Source: an uncultured Alphaproteobacteria bacterium (GTDB lineage: Bacteria; Pseudomonadota; Alphaproteobacteria; Rhizobiales; Aestuariivirgaceae). Taken from it: a DNA stretch of 64,000 bases. The notes beneath the pieces were generated by a model. It worked only from the letters and a program-made list of their open reading frames with translations, was not told the origin of the DNA and ran no database searches. Position numbers and translations under genes: made by a program. Positions 40,512 to 49,803 of the stretch are shown piece by piece. The stretch lies in contig CAWKKP010000003.1 in the NCBI GenBank assembly GCA_963850355.1, positions 394,660 through 458,659 of the forward strand. The letters are read 5' to 3'. Position 1 is the first letter of the stretch, and each line of letters starts with the position of its first letter.

Positions 40512-41342
40512 ATGCCAAAGTTTGAACGCAAAACGCTGCTTTCTAAATTCCAAGCCATGGTCAAGGCACGAAAGCCCATCATCGGCGGCGGGGCAGGGAC
40601 CGGCCTTTCCGCAAAATGCGAAGAAGCCGGAGGCATTGATCTTATCGTGATTTATAATTCGGGCCGCTACCGCATGGCAGGCCGTGGTTCACTCGCGGGC
40701 TTGCTGGCCTATGGCAACGCCAATGAGATCGTCAAGGAAATGGCCTACGAAGTTTTACCTGTCGTTTCGCACACCCCCGTGTTGGCTGGTGTTAATGGTA
40801 CCGACCCGTTCATGATAGTGGATCATTTTCTTGATGAGCTGAAAGCGCTGGGTTTTGCAGGGGTGCAAAATTTTCCAACGGTGGGATTGTTCGATGGCGT
40901 GTTTCGCAAAAACTTGGAAGAGACGGGCATGGGCTTTGGACTCGAAGTTGATATGATCAAAGCCGCGAATGCAAAAGACATGCTTACAACGCCTTACGTT
41001 TTCTCTGCTGACGAAGCTGTGGCGATGGCGAAAGCTGGTGCTGATATCATTGTGCCGCATATGGGCCTTACAACGGGCGGTGCCATTGGTGCAGAAACCG
41101 CACTGAAGCTCAAGGATTGTCCAGCTCTGATTGAGAAGTGGGCTGAGGCTGCACGTAAAGTTCGGAAAGACATCATTGTGTTATGTCATGGTGGACCCAT
41201 CTCTTCGCCGGAGGACGCCGCCTACATTTTGAAGAACACCGCAAACGTGCATGGCTTCTACGGTGCAAGTTCCTTGGAACGATTGCCAACCGAGACCGCA
41301 CTCATCCACCAAACCAAGGCCTTCAAGGCCATTTCATTCTAG
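40512..41342 (+). CDS. Phosphoenolpyruvate hydrolase-like TIM-barrel protein (TBST family)
   Basis: [50 protein letters not shown] and GASSLER; typical partner of UPF0261. Confidence 0.9.
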   Translation: MPKFERKTLLSKFQAMVKARKPIIGGGAGTGLSAKCEEAGGIDLIVIYNSGRYRMAGRGSLAGLLAYGNANEIVKEMAYEVLPVVSHTPVLAGVNGTDPFMIVDHFLDELKALGFAGVQNFPTVGLFDGVFRKNLEETGMGFGLEVDMIKAANAKDMLTTPYVFSADEAVAMAKAGADIIVPHMGLTTGGAIGAETALKLKDCPALIEKWAEAARKVRKDIIVLCHGGPISSPEDAAYILKNTANVHGFYGASSLERLPTETALIHQTKAFKAISF

Positions 41343-41351
41343 GGAAATATC

Positions 41352-42299
41352 ATGGCCCGTGCCTATGCCAGTGCAATAATCGATGCCCCCATTGAAACGG
41401 TATGGGGCGTTATTCGAGACTTTAACGGGCTGCCAAATTGGACGCCCTTTGTTGCAAAGTCGAAAATTGAAAGCGGCCTCGATGCCGATGTTGTTGGCTG
41501 CATCAGGTCATTTCATTTGCACAATGGCACCCATATTCGCGAACGCCTGCTGACGCTCGACGATGCGCGTCACACACTCACCTATAATTTCGAAAAACCC
41601 GCATTCCCGGTGAAGAACTACATCGCCACCATGCACTTGATGCCGGTGACCCAGAGTAACAAAACTTTTGCTGAATGGGAGGCGGTGTTTGACGAGGCCC
41701 CCGAAGAGCATGGCAAATATGAGAAAATCATTTCGAAAGAGGTCTTTGCAGCGGGATGGGCTGCCCTTAACGCTAAGCTGAAGCGGGAAAAACCAAAACC
41801 TCCAACTGGTGCCGTCCGCTGGAAAGGCGGCCAACCCAACAAGGTGTGGACCTCACGCGTTATCAAAGTCCCAAGTGAAAAAGTATGGGCCGTGATGCGT
41901 AACTTTGCGGGCATGGGCGCTTGGCACAGTGACATCACCAAAATGCACATGTTGAAACGCGCGCGTTCTGACAAGGTATCTGGCATTCGGGACTTTTATT
42001 TCGGTGCAGGGCATTTGAATGAAGAATTGCTGCACCTCTGCGACATCACCAAATCCTTCTCCTATCGGATCACCAAAAGTGAATTGCCATGGATCAATTA
42101 TGTGTCGGGTCCGCGGCTATGGCCCGTGACATCGAGCAACACAACATTTGGTGTTTGGACCGGGGATTGGCAGGCCAGTCCGCAAGATGATTTAACGCTG
42201 ATGCCCAACACCGAGCAGAATGTTTACCAACGGGCCTTTGCCGGGGTGGAGCAACTCATCGCGGGGAAAAGCAAGAACCGGACGGCGAAGTTAGGATAG
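41352..42299 (+). CDS. Protein with two tandem SRPBCC (START/Bet v1-like) domains
   Basis: Domain 1 IDAPIETVWGVIRDFNGLPNW..GCIRSF..IRERL..LTY; domain 2 IKVPSEKVWAVMRNFAGMGAW..GIRDF..LNEEL..FSY. Confidence 0.8.
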   Translation: MARAYASAIIDAPIETVWGVIRDFNGLPNWTPFVAKSKIESGLDADVVGCIRSFHLHNGTHIRERLLTLDDARHTLTYNFEKPAFPVKNYIATMHLMPVTQSNKTFAEWEAVFDEAPEEHGKYEKIISKEVFAAGWAALNAKLKREKPKPPTGAVRWKGGQPNKVWTSRVIKVPSEKVWAVMRNFAGMGAWHSDITKMHMLKRARSDKVSGIRDFYFGAGHLNEELLHLCDITKSFSYRITKSELPWINYVSGPRLWPVTSSNTTFGVWTGDWQASPQDDLTLMPNTEQNVYQRAFAGVEQLIAGKSKNRTAKLG

Positions 42300-42443
42300 G
42301 CGTTTAAACCCATAATAAGAACCGCAGAGACGGATCTGTTGGTTCGGCCAGGGGGTAGTAGCGTAGGATTTAAAAGCTTCTGTAGGACGACGCCAGGTAC
42401 CCTGCCGGTCATTTCAATCGTAGGTTTAAAGACCTACGTCATC

Positions 42444-42773
42444 TCAATCTGTATGAAACACACTTTCCGCGCTCGCCCACCACTCCCCAGCCTTGCGCGT
42501 TTCAAGCGGCACCTGCATCGGGTCGGTGATATCCCACCATTCCTGCATGCGCGGCGCTGATTTGATGCGCTCCATATCACCGTCATAGTCCGTACCCACA
42601 TACTCCCAATAGGAGATCAGCAAGTTTTCAGGCTCTTTGAGAAAAATACTGTAGTTGCGCACATTGCTGTCGGCGATGGCTTTAAGAATTTCAGGCCATA
42701 CTGCGGCATGTATGCGTTTGTACTCAGGAATGATCTCTGGTTTCACAGCGATAATGCGGCACATTCTTTCCAT
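42444..42773 (-). CDS. L-rhamnose mutarotase family protein
   Basis: EYKRIHAAVWPE, NYSIFL and QEWW motifs; ATG 42773 with GAGG RBS; 109 aa. Confidence 0.88.
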   Translation of the reverse strand: MERMCRIIAVKPEIIPEYKRIHAAVWPEILKAIADSNVRNYSIFLKEPENLLISYWEYVGTDYDGDMERIKSAPRMQEWWDITDPMQVPLETRKAGEWWASAESVFHTD

Positions 42774-42783
42774 AGGCAGTCCC

Positions 42784-43476
42784 TCAATAGGTGGCGCGAC
42801 CGCCTGAAATGTCAAACACAGCACCCGTGGAGAATGAGCATTCCTCACTGGCAAGCCAGCAAATCAAACTGGCCACTTCGTCTACCGTGCCAAATCGCGG
42901 CTTTGGAATTTTGGCCAGCATGAAGTCGATATGCGCTTGCGGCATCTGATCAAATATCGGCGTGCGCACAGCAGCAGGTGTTACGGCATTCACGGTGATA
43001 TTGGTTTTAGCAAGTTCCTTGGCCAATGATTTGGTAAATCCAATCACCCCAGCCTTTGACGCGGAATAGGCGGAGGCATTGGGGTTGCCTTCCTTTCCTG
43101 CAATCGACGCCACATTGACGATGCGGCCATAATTCTGCGCCACCATGATCGGCACCACAGCTTTGTTGGTAAAGAATGTTCCATTCAAATTGATGGCGAT
43201 GGTCTGCATCCATCCGTCAACAGGAAACTCGGTCACCGGCACAGTTGGCCCAGTGATGCCCGCACTGTTTACCAGAATATCAATGCCACCAAGTTGCTTC
43301 AAAGTCTGTGAAACGGCATTCGCAACTGAAGTGACATCGGAAATATCGGTGATGATAGCGCCATTCATATCCCAAATGGCCACACGACCACCTTCGCTTT
43401 CAATGCGTTGAGCAACGGCTTCACCGATGCCTGAAAGCCCCCCTGTGACGACCGCACGCTTACCTGTAAATCTCAT
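42784..43476 (-). CDS. SDR oxidoreductase, similar to 2-keto-3-deoxy-L-rhamnonate 4-dehydrogenase (LRA5) type
   Basis: TGGLSGIG, NSAGITG, ASIAGKEGNPNASAYSASK (YxxxK) and C-terminal DISGGRATY. Confidence 0.82.
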   Translation of the reverse strand: MRFTGKRAVVTGGLSGIGEAVAQRIESEGGRVAIWDMNGAIITDISDVTSVANAVSQTLKQLGGIDILVNSAGITGPTVPVTEFPVDGWMQTIAINLNGTFFTNKAVVPIMVAQNYGRIVNVASIAGKEGNPNASAYSASKAGVIGFTKSLAKELAKTNITVNAVTPAAVRTPIFDQMPQAHIDFMLAKIPKPRFGTVDEVASLICWLASEECSFSTGAVFDISGGRATY

Positions 43477-43510
43477 AACTCAGTTTCCCATTTTCTCATG
43501 GAGTAACAGT

Positions 43511-43942
43511 TCAGCTTTTCTTGGATCGCATCCAAATCAAAAGTGCGAGAACTGTTGCAACGCCAGCAACACTCCACACAAAGGGATGTGCATAAAACTT
43601 CGTCGCAGCCAACATTGCCTTTCCGGAAGTTGTGTTCGGATCAGGTGGTTTCAGGAAAAACACGCCATAAAGATGCGCCGCTGCAATCGACACAACGAGC
43701 ACAATGCAAAACACCATGGCCACCACCATGGCGATCGTAATGACGGAACGCGTTTGCACACCAGGTTGTGCCAAAGGCAAAAGATTATTGATCAAACCCG
43801 CAAGTACCACAAGAATGGCACCCAATGAAAACAGGCCGATGCTGAAGGGTTGAAAAATCAGGATCAACGCCACAATGCCAAGACCGATGATTGAATACTC
43901 CATGCGCCGTGCGCCCACATTGCTCAATGCACCATTGCTCAT
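43511..43942 (-). CDS. Small integral membrane protein of unknown function
   Basis: 143 aa with ~4 hydrophobic segments; ATGA overlap with the upstream ATPase stop. Confidence 0.78.
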   Translation of the reverse strand: MSNGALSNVGARRMEYSIIGLGIVALILIFQPFSIGLFSLGAILVVLAGLINNLLPLAQPGVQTRSVITIAMVVAMVFCIVLVVSIAAAHLYGVFFLKPPDPNTTSGKAMLAATKFYAHPFVWSVAGVATVLALLIWMRSKKS

Positions 43943-45027
43943 GCGCGCACCGCCTTTCCATCTTGCCCAAAGACATGAGTTTGCGAGGGGTCTAGCTTGA
44001 GCGTCAACGCCTCACCCGTTTTCACCTTTTTCTCACGCGCCACTACAACACGAATGTCATTGCCCTGTTTTGTGCGCGCGTGAATGAGGGTTTCGGCCCC
44101 CATGGGTTCAATCAATTCCGCAACGGCTGAAATTGTATCGGAACCTTTTACTGAAACCGGAATAAACGCGCGCGGACGAATGCCGATGGTAATTTTTCCA
44201 CGCTCCAATTTGCCAACTGCTGGGTTAGCTGCGAGTTTGATTTGTTGATCGCCCAATCGTAAATCTGCAACGCCACTGTTGTAAGCGCTGAAGTCTGCTT
44301 CAACCAAATTCATTTGCGGTGTGCCAATAAAGCTGGCCACAAACACATTGGCAGGTTTTGCAAACACTTCATGTGGCGAGCCAACTTGTTCAATCAATCC
44401 ATCGCGCATGATGGCGATGCGATCTGCCATCGTCAGCGCCTCGAGCTGATCGTGTGTTACGATCACCGTAGCCTTCGACAGATTAGACAGCACCTGTTTG
44501 ATTTGTCCACGCATGGAATGCCGCAACTCTACATCGAGACGCGACAGTGGTTCATCGAACAGAAAGCAATTGGGATCGCGCACAATCGCACGCGCAACGG
44601 CAACACGTTGCTTTTCGCCCTCGGACACTTGCCCGGGCAAACGGCCTAACACGTCCTTGAGATGCAGAATGTCAGCGACTTTGTTGACTCGCGCTTCGAC
44701 CTCTGCTGCTCCAAGTTTTTCATAGTGCAGAGGCATGGCAATGTTTTCGCCAACGGTTAGCGCGGGATAGAGCGCATAGAATTGGAACACCATGGCGATG
44801 TCTCGTTTTTCAGGCGGCAGCGCATTCATGTTATGACCACCAATGATCACTTCACCTGACGTCGCGCGTTCAAGTCCTGCGATCATCCGCAGTGTGGTTG
44901 TTTTGCCGCAGCCTGATGGCCCGAGCAGGCATACGACTTCGCCAGCATTCACCGACAAATCAGCATCGCGCACGGCGGTAAACTCACCGAATTTCTTTGT
45001 GATCTTTTTGATTTCGATTGTCGACAT
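43939..45027 (-). CDS. Sugar ABC transporter ATP-binding protein (degenerate signature)
   Basis: GPSGCGKT, LFDEP and VTHDQ are canonical, but the signature reads VSEGE. Confidence 0.93.
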   Translation of the reverse strand: MSTIEIKKITKKFGEFTAVRDADLSVNAGEVVCLLGPSGCGKTTTLRMIAGLERATSGEVIIGGHNMNALPPEKRDIAMVFQFYALYPALTVGENIAMPLHYEKLGAAEVEARVNKVADILHLKDVLGRLPGQVSEGEKQRVAVARAIVRDPNCFLFDEPLSRLDVELRHSMRGQIKQVLSNLSKATVIVTHDQLEALTMADRIAIMRDGLIEQVGSPHEVFAKPANVFVASFIGTPQMNLVEADFSAYNSGVADLRLGDQQIKLAANPAVGKLERGKITIGIRPRAFIPVSVKGSDTISAVAELIEPMGAETLIHARTKQGNDIRVVVAREKKVKTGEALTLKLDPSQTHVFGQDGKAVRA

Positions 45028-45028
45028 G

Positions 45029-45973
45029 TCAGCGCTTTACCGTTCCGAATGTAACGCCGCGCAGCAATTGGTCCTGCAGGAAGAACGTCACGAAAAACAC
45101 CGGGATCAAAAACAGCGTTTCGATGGCTGCAAGCAATCCCCACAACACACCAATACCACCACCACCCACAGCCTGACTCATGCCCACAGGTACGGTGCGC
45201 GTATCAACGCCTGTGAGGAGGAGGGCGAACAGAAACTCGTTCCACGTGAGAATAAGTCCGAACACAAATGTTGCTGCAAGGCCCGCCAAGACTTGAGGCA
45301 GACAAATTTTAAAGAAGACTTTGATGTCAGATGAACCATCAATGCGTGCAGCATCTTCAACATCCAATGAAAGTTCATCAAAGAAACTCTTCATCATCCA
45401 GATCGTGAATGGTAAATTGAATGCGGTGTAAAGCAGAATAATGCCGATGTATGATCCCGATAGACCTGTCACCCGGAACATCAAGATGACAGGAATGATC
45501 ACAACGATGGCAGGTAACATGCGCGTTGTCAGGATGATAAAGAGATAAGTGTCATTGCCTTTTAAGGGATAACGCGAAAAGCCAAAAGCCGCGAGTGTGC
45601 CGATGACGAGAGCCAGAAAAACCGACACGCCTGCAATCACAAGAGAATTGAAAAAATACTTTGCAAAGCCAGTATTCTCAACCACGCCACCCGATGTCAT
45701 GGCACGTGAAAACACCGATGTGTAATTTTCCAGTGTCGGCGTGAAGGTAAGATGTTCAGGGATCAATCCAAAGAACGTAGTGGGGAAGAACTTAGGCGGA
45801 ATGGCCAGCGCTTCAGTCTGAACTTTGAAGCTGGTGATGATGATCAACAGAACGGGCAAAAAGTAAATCAAGCTGATGACACCAGCAAACAGAGTCTGCC
45901 CCCAGCCAGCTTCGCTCACGCCAGAGGCTTTGCGAAAGCCAAGCTTTTCCCAGAGGGATGAAGACGCAGCCAT
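45029..45973 (-). CDS. Carbohydrate ABC transporter permease (MalG-like)
   Basis: EDAARIDG EAA loop, WNEFLFA and TM helices. Confidence 0.92.
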   Translation of the reverse strand: MAASSSLWEKLGFRKASGVSEAGWGQTLFAGVISLIYFLPVLLIIITSFKVQTEALAIPPKFFPTTFFGLIPEHLTFTPTLENYTSVFSRAMTSGGVVENTGFAKYFFNSLVIAGVSVFLALVIGTLAAFGFSRYPLKGNDTYLFIILTTRMLPAIVVIIPVILMFRVTGLSGSYIGIILLYTAFNLPFTIWMMKSFFDELSLDVEDAARIDGSSDIKVFFKICLPQVLAGLAATFVFGLILTWNEFLFALLLTGVDTRTVPVGMSQAVGGGGIGVLWGLLAAIETLFLIPVFFVTFFLQDQLLRGVTFGTVKR

Positions 45974-47037
45974 CAGTTTGCTCCTTCGCTGCGCCGATTG
46001 GCGATGTAGAGGTAAAGATTGGTGAGCACGATCACAATGAACAGCATGACGTAGGATATTGCAGCGCTTTCGCTGGTTTTGTTTTGCTCACTGGCAAGAC
46101 GTTGGAGATGATAGGCAATGGTCATCGTATCATTGCCGCCCTTGGTGAGCAGCTGCACCATGTCGGAAAGTTTAAACGCTTCAATGGTGCGGAACAATAG
46201 TGCGAGCATGAGAAGGCTGCGGATATAGGGGAACGTGATGCTCCAAAACCGACGCCAACTTGAAACCCGGTCGATGGCAGCTGCTTCATAAAGATATTTC
46301 GGCACCGACACGAGACCAGCAAGCACGAGCAGCATGACGAAGGGCGACCACATCCACGCGTCAGCAAACACGATACCCGCAACGGCACCGGCCTTATTGT
46401 CCATCAAGATAAACTGTTGGTCAGTGAAAAGACGAATAAAATAACTGAGCAATCCAAATGTGGGATCGTAATAGTATGAAAAGAACACACCCGCAGCGAC
46501 AACCGACAGCATCATCGGTGTCAGCACGAGAATAAGAAGATACTTGCGCAACGGAAACTGTTTGGAGAACAGCAACGCCAGCAGAAATCCAACAATCATT
46601 TGAGCTGCAACCGTCAGCACCACGAACATTGCTGTGTTGACAAGGTTGGCCCAGTTCTCAGGTGCCTTCAAATCATCGGTCAACACTTTGGTGTAATTGG
46701 TAAGACCAACAAAGCGAATGGTCTGCTGGTTGGATTGATAGGCGAAGAAAGAAAGGCCCAAAGACCAGAGCAACGGAAAGATGTTCATCACAAACAAAAC
46801 CGCAATAGCGGGAGCGACCAAGAGGCCACCATAATTATGCCTGCGAAAGGCGTTGACGGTGATAGCTGCAGCAACAAGTGCGGCCATGGCACCCACTGTC
46901 CAAAAGGAAGCAGCAGCGGGGAGTGTTGCAATAGCAACGGCTGAAACAACGAGCCCTGCCAAAATGGCGAGCTTCCAGTTGTCGGGCCGCAGCGTGAAAA
47001 GACTTTGCGTTGGTGCGATGTCGAGTGTTGCGGTCAT
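45973..47037 (-). CDS. Carbohydrate ABC transporter permease (MalF-like)
   Basis: EAAAIDR EAA loop, WMWSPF and RTIEAFK. Confidence 0.92.
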   Translation of the reverse strand: MTATLDIAPTQSLFTLRPDNWKLAILAGLVVSAVAIATLPAAASFWTVGAMAALVAAAITVNAFRRHNYGGLLVAPAIAVLFVMNIFPLLWSLGLSFFAYQSNQQTIRFVGLTNYTKVLTDDLKAPENWANLVNTAMFVVLTVAAQMIVGFLLALLFSKQFPLRKYLLILVLTPMMLSVVAAGVFFSYYYDPTFGLLSYFIRLFTDQQFILMDNKAGAVAGIVFADAWMWSPFVMLLVLAGLVSVPKYLYEAAAIDRVSSWRRFWSITFPYIRSLLMLALLFRTIEAFKLSDMVQLLTKGGNDTMTIAYHLQRLASEQNKTSESAAISYVMLFIVIVLTNLYLYIANRRSEGAN

Positions 47038-47120
47038 GCGACGGTAAAATGCCTAAAGATGAAATGTTCCCCGACGTTGCCGAAGTGCGCGGGGAATTCG
47101 ACGACAATTTGAGTGACGAA

Positions 47121-47154
47121 CAAATGTGCGCAGCACGATCACTGCGCACATTTG
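47121..47154. terminator. Perfect 13-bp hairpin downstream of the SBP gene
   Basis: CAAATGTGCGCAG-N8-CTGCGCACATTTG; a second TTCCCCG..CGGGGAA stem lies at ~47067-47097. Confidence 0.65.
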
Positions 47155-47162
47155 CAAGAGTG

Positions 47163-48596
47163 TTACTTGATCAATCCAGCTTCCGTCAGCAAGTTCTGTT
47201 GGAACTTGGCAACATTGTCCAAAGTGGTCTTGGCGTCTTGTTTGCCGGTGATGGCAAGGTCGAACTGGTCTTGCTGTTGCGTCAGCAGTTCAAAGAACTG
47301 TGGCACGTGCCACACGTCTTTTTGCCAATCCAGCGAGGCCGCCCAAGCGCGGTTCCAAGGACGATACGTCACATACTTTGGATCGGTAAACACCGACTTC
47401 ATGGCAGACTGACCACCTGATGCAGCAAACTGATGCTGAATTTCAGGCGACAACCACCACTTCACGAAGCCCATGGCTTCGGTCAGCTGTTCTGGTGTGG
47501 TCCATGTGGTGAGCACGAATGGCTGACCACCGATGTTGGACCAACGCACCATCTTGCCATCAGCACCCATTGTGCCGGGAGCCATGCCGAACACCAACTT
47601 GTCAGAGACTTTTGACGTCTTCGGATCAAGCGAGGCTTCGCCAAGACCAATCCAGTCAATGTTCATGGCAACTTTGCCTTCACGGAACAATTCGTCTGAC
47701 TTGAAAATGTCCATCGTGCCGGTTTTTGCCACAGGCGGCATCAGATCAATGAAGCTCAAGTAGCTTTCCAAAGCCTTCACTGCTTCTGGTGAGTTCACAA
47801 CGCCTTCAGCTTGTCCTGTTGGTTGCTTGGTTTCATCCCACGTGCCACCACCCATTTGCCAAATGAAGCCGTTGATCTGCATCGACGAGAAGTCGTAGCC
47901 TTTACCGGCTTGGAATGCGATGCCGTAGAAATCATCATCGGCAGGTTTGCCTGCAAGCATTTCACCTTTTTTGCGTTTGAAGAAAACGCCAACATTCTTG
48001 AAGTCGTCCCAAGTCATGGCGTCAAGTTCTTCGCCCGTGCAGGGAAGCTTCTTGCTGAACTTTGCCATGAAGGCTTTCTGTTCGTCTTCATTGCAAAGAA
48101 TGTCAGAGCGGCCAAAATTCACCAAAACGTCGGGGAATTGTGGGAAGCCATAATAGTTCGGCGTCGAGTTTGGATAGGTCGAATAGGCATTCAGCGGCGC
48201 TGGATGCATATCAGCCATGGTCTTTTGCAATTCAGGATCGGCATCAATCAAGTCGTTCACTTTGCGGAAATAACCACCTTCAACAAAGGCACCCAACCAT
48301 TGCGAATCCGAAACGGCGAAATTGTATTTCTGTTCGCCCGATGTCAGCGATGCGTTGACGCGCGTATAGAAATCTGGCCATGGAATGAAATCGACTTCGA
48401 GTTTAACGGTGTTGCCGGTTTTCGATTTGTACTGCTCGTCGAACATCTTTTTCATGATGCGCGTTGGTGGCCAATCCGGCACAGCCATTGTCAATGTCAC
48501 TTCGCCAGCAAACGCGTTCAGCGCGCCGCCAACGGTCAGCGATGCAGCAAAGGCAATCCCCGCCACAATGCTTTTGGTTTTTGTCATATAGCTCAT
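47163..48596 (-). CDS. Sugar ABC transporter substrate-binding protein
   Basis: ATG 48596 with GGAGG RBS; signal peptide MSYMTKTKSIVAGIAFAASL..AFA; family 1 SBP features. The ORF-track start at 48788 overlaps the ATPase and is over-called. Confidence 0.9.
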   Translation of the reverse strand: MSYMTKTKSIVAGIAFAASLTVGGALNAFAGEVTLTMAVPDWPPTRIMKKMFDEQYKSKTGNTVKLEVDFIPWPDFYTRVNASLTSGEQKYNFAVSDSQWLGAFVEGGYFRKVNDLIDADPELQKTMADMHPAPLNAYSTYPNSTPNYYGFPQFPDVLVNFGRSDILCNEDEQKAFMAKFSKKLPCTGEELDAMTWDDFKNVGVFFKRKKGEMLAGKPADDDFYGIAFQAGKGYDFSSMQINGFIWQMGGGTWDETKQPTGQAEGVVNSPEAVKALESYLSFIDLMPPVAKTGTMDIFKSDELFREGKVAMNIDWIGLGEASLDPKTSKVSDKLVFGMAPGTMGADGKMVRWSNIGGQPFVLTTWTTPEQLTEAMGFVKWWLSPEIQHQFAASGGQSAMKSVFTDPKYVTYRPWNRAWAASLDWQKDVWHVPQFFELLTQQQDQFDLAITGKQDAKTTLDNVAKFQQNLLTEAGLIK

Positions 48597-48645
48597 ACTC
48601 TGTTTCCTCCATTGATGAACTGTATTTGCTTCCTGCCGCTGTTCG

Positions 48646-49731
48646 TCATGTGAGAGCCTGACCATTTGCAGCATTGAAGATGTGGAACTTTTTGGGATCA
48701 ATATAAATGTCAGCCATTTGGCCGGGTTGAATGGCAAGCGCGCTGCTTTCCGGCACCACCATGCGTAATGTTTCGCCTGCAGCTTCAACAGAGATCACGG
48801 TGATATCGCCCAGTGGCTCCAGCATTTGTACGCGAGACTTGGTTGCAGCTTCGCCTTTTTGGGCAAAGCGAATATCACTGGGCCGGATGCCAAGGAATGC
48901 CGCTTCGCCAGTTTGAACAGATTTCAGTTTCGCTTTCGGCACTATGGTACCGAGTGACGTCTCAAACGCGCCCTTGTTGGCTTTGGCCTTGATCATATTC
49001 ATGTGCGGCGAACCAATTTTTCCGGCCACATAAATATCGCTCGGGTTTTCATAAAGCTCGTCCGGCGTGCCCTGTTGGACAACAGCCCCATCCCGCATGA
49101 CGGCAATTTCTTCACCCATCGACAATGCTTCAAGCTCGTCAGGTGTTGCATAAACAATCGTCATGCCAAACTGGCGGTGTAAGCGTTTCAACTCGGCGCG
49201 CATGTCGTGGCGGAGTTTCGCATCAAGATTTGTCAGAGGTTCATCAAGCAGCAGAATTTTAGGACGGCGGATGAGCGAGCGACCCAAAGCCACGCGTTGT
49301 TGTTCACCACCTGATAAGGTGCTGGGCTTGCGTTCTAACCTTGGCAGAAGCTTTAGCATGGTGGCGGTTTCTTTCACCCGCTTGTCGATGTCTTCACGCG
49401 CTACACCTTCTTCGCGCAAAGGATAGGCGAAATTCTCATAGACGGTGAGATGCGGATAAAGCGCAAAAGACTGAAACACCATCGACACCCCGCGACCCGC
49501 GATAGGTGCCGCCGTGTGGTCTTGTCCAAATATATCAACGCGGCCAACATCGGGGCGCACCAATCCTGCAATTGTTCTTAAGGTCGTGGTTTTGCCAACA
49601 GAGCTTGGTCCAAACAGCACGAAGAAGCGGCCATCAGCAACTTCGAAGGAGAGGTTCTCAAGTGCGCGCACCGAACCATAGGATTTGGAAACCCCTGATA
49701 ATCGTAACGCTGGTGTCGTCGCTTCAGACAT
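48646..49731 (-). CDS. Sugar ABC transporter ATP-binding protein (degenerate Walker A and H-loop)
   Basis: GPSSVGKT, LSGGEQQR and LLDEP, with H-switch YATPD; ATG 49731 with GAGG RBS. Confidence 0.92.
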   Translation of the reverse strand: MSEATTPALRLSGVSKSYGSVRALENLSFEVADGRFFVLFGPSSVGKTTTLRTIAGLVRPDVGRVDIFGQDHTAAPIAGRGVSMVFQSFALYPHLTVYENFAYPLREEGVAREDIDKRVKETATMLKLLPRLERKPSTLSGGEQQRVALGRSLIRRPKILLLDEPLTNLDAKLRHDMRAELKRLHRQFGMTIVYATPDELEALSMGEEIAVMRDGAVVQQGTPDELYENPSDIYVAGKIGSPHMNMIKAKANKGAFETSLGTIVPKAKLKSVQTGEAAFLGIRPSDIRFAQKGEAATKSRVQMLEPLGDITVISVEAAGETLRMVVPESSALAIQPGQMADIYIDPKKFHIFNAANGQALT

Positions 49732-49803
49732 CAAACCATCCTCGATGCAACTGGAAGCAATTGAGACTAACCCGCCGTTTGAAACATGCAAGCCCTGAGT
49801 TGA

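Noticed and set aside
39302-41342. Calling the Tm-1-like pair an anti-phage defence system
   Set aside because: Rests only on the plant homologue; no defence-island, toxin, nuclease or mobile genes nearby. Kept only as a testable alternative.
47811-48653. 280 aa plus-strand ORF
   Set aside because: Lies wholly antisense to a well-supported SBP; no RBS or family motifs; a codon-bias shadow.
48597-48788. 64 aa N-terminal extension of the SBP in the ORF track (also extensions at 8141, 17029, 17808, 32139, 42854, 51003, 54526, 62761)
   Set aside because: They overlap neighbouring genes or lack an RBS; internal starts have an RBS, stop-start coupling or signal peptides.
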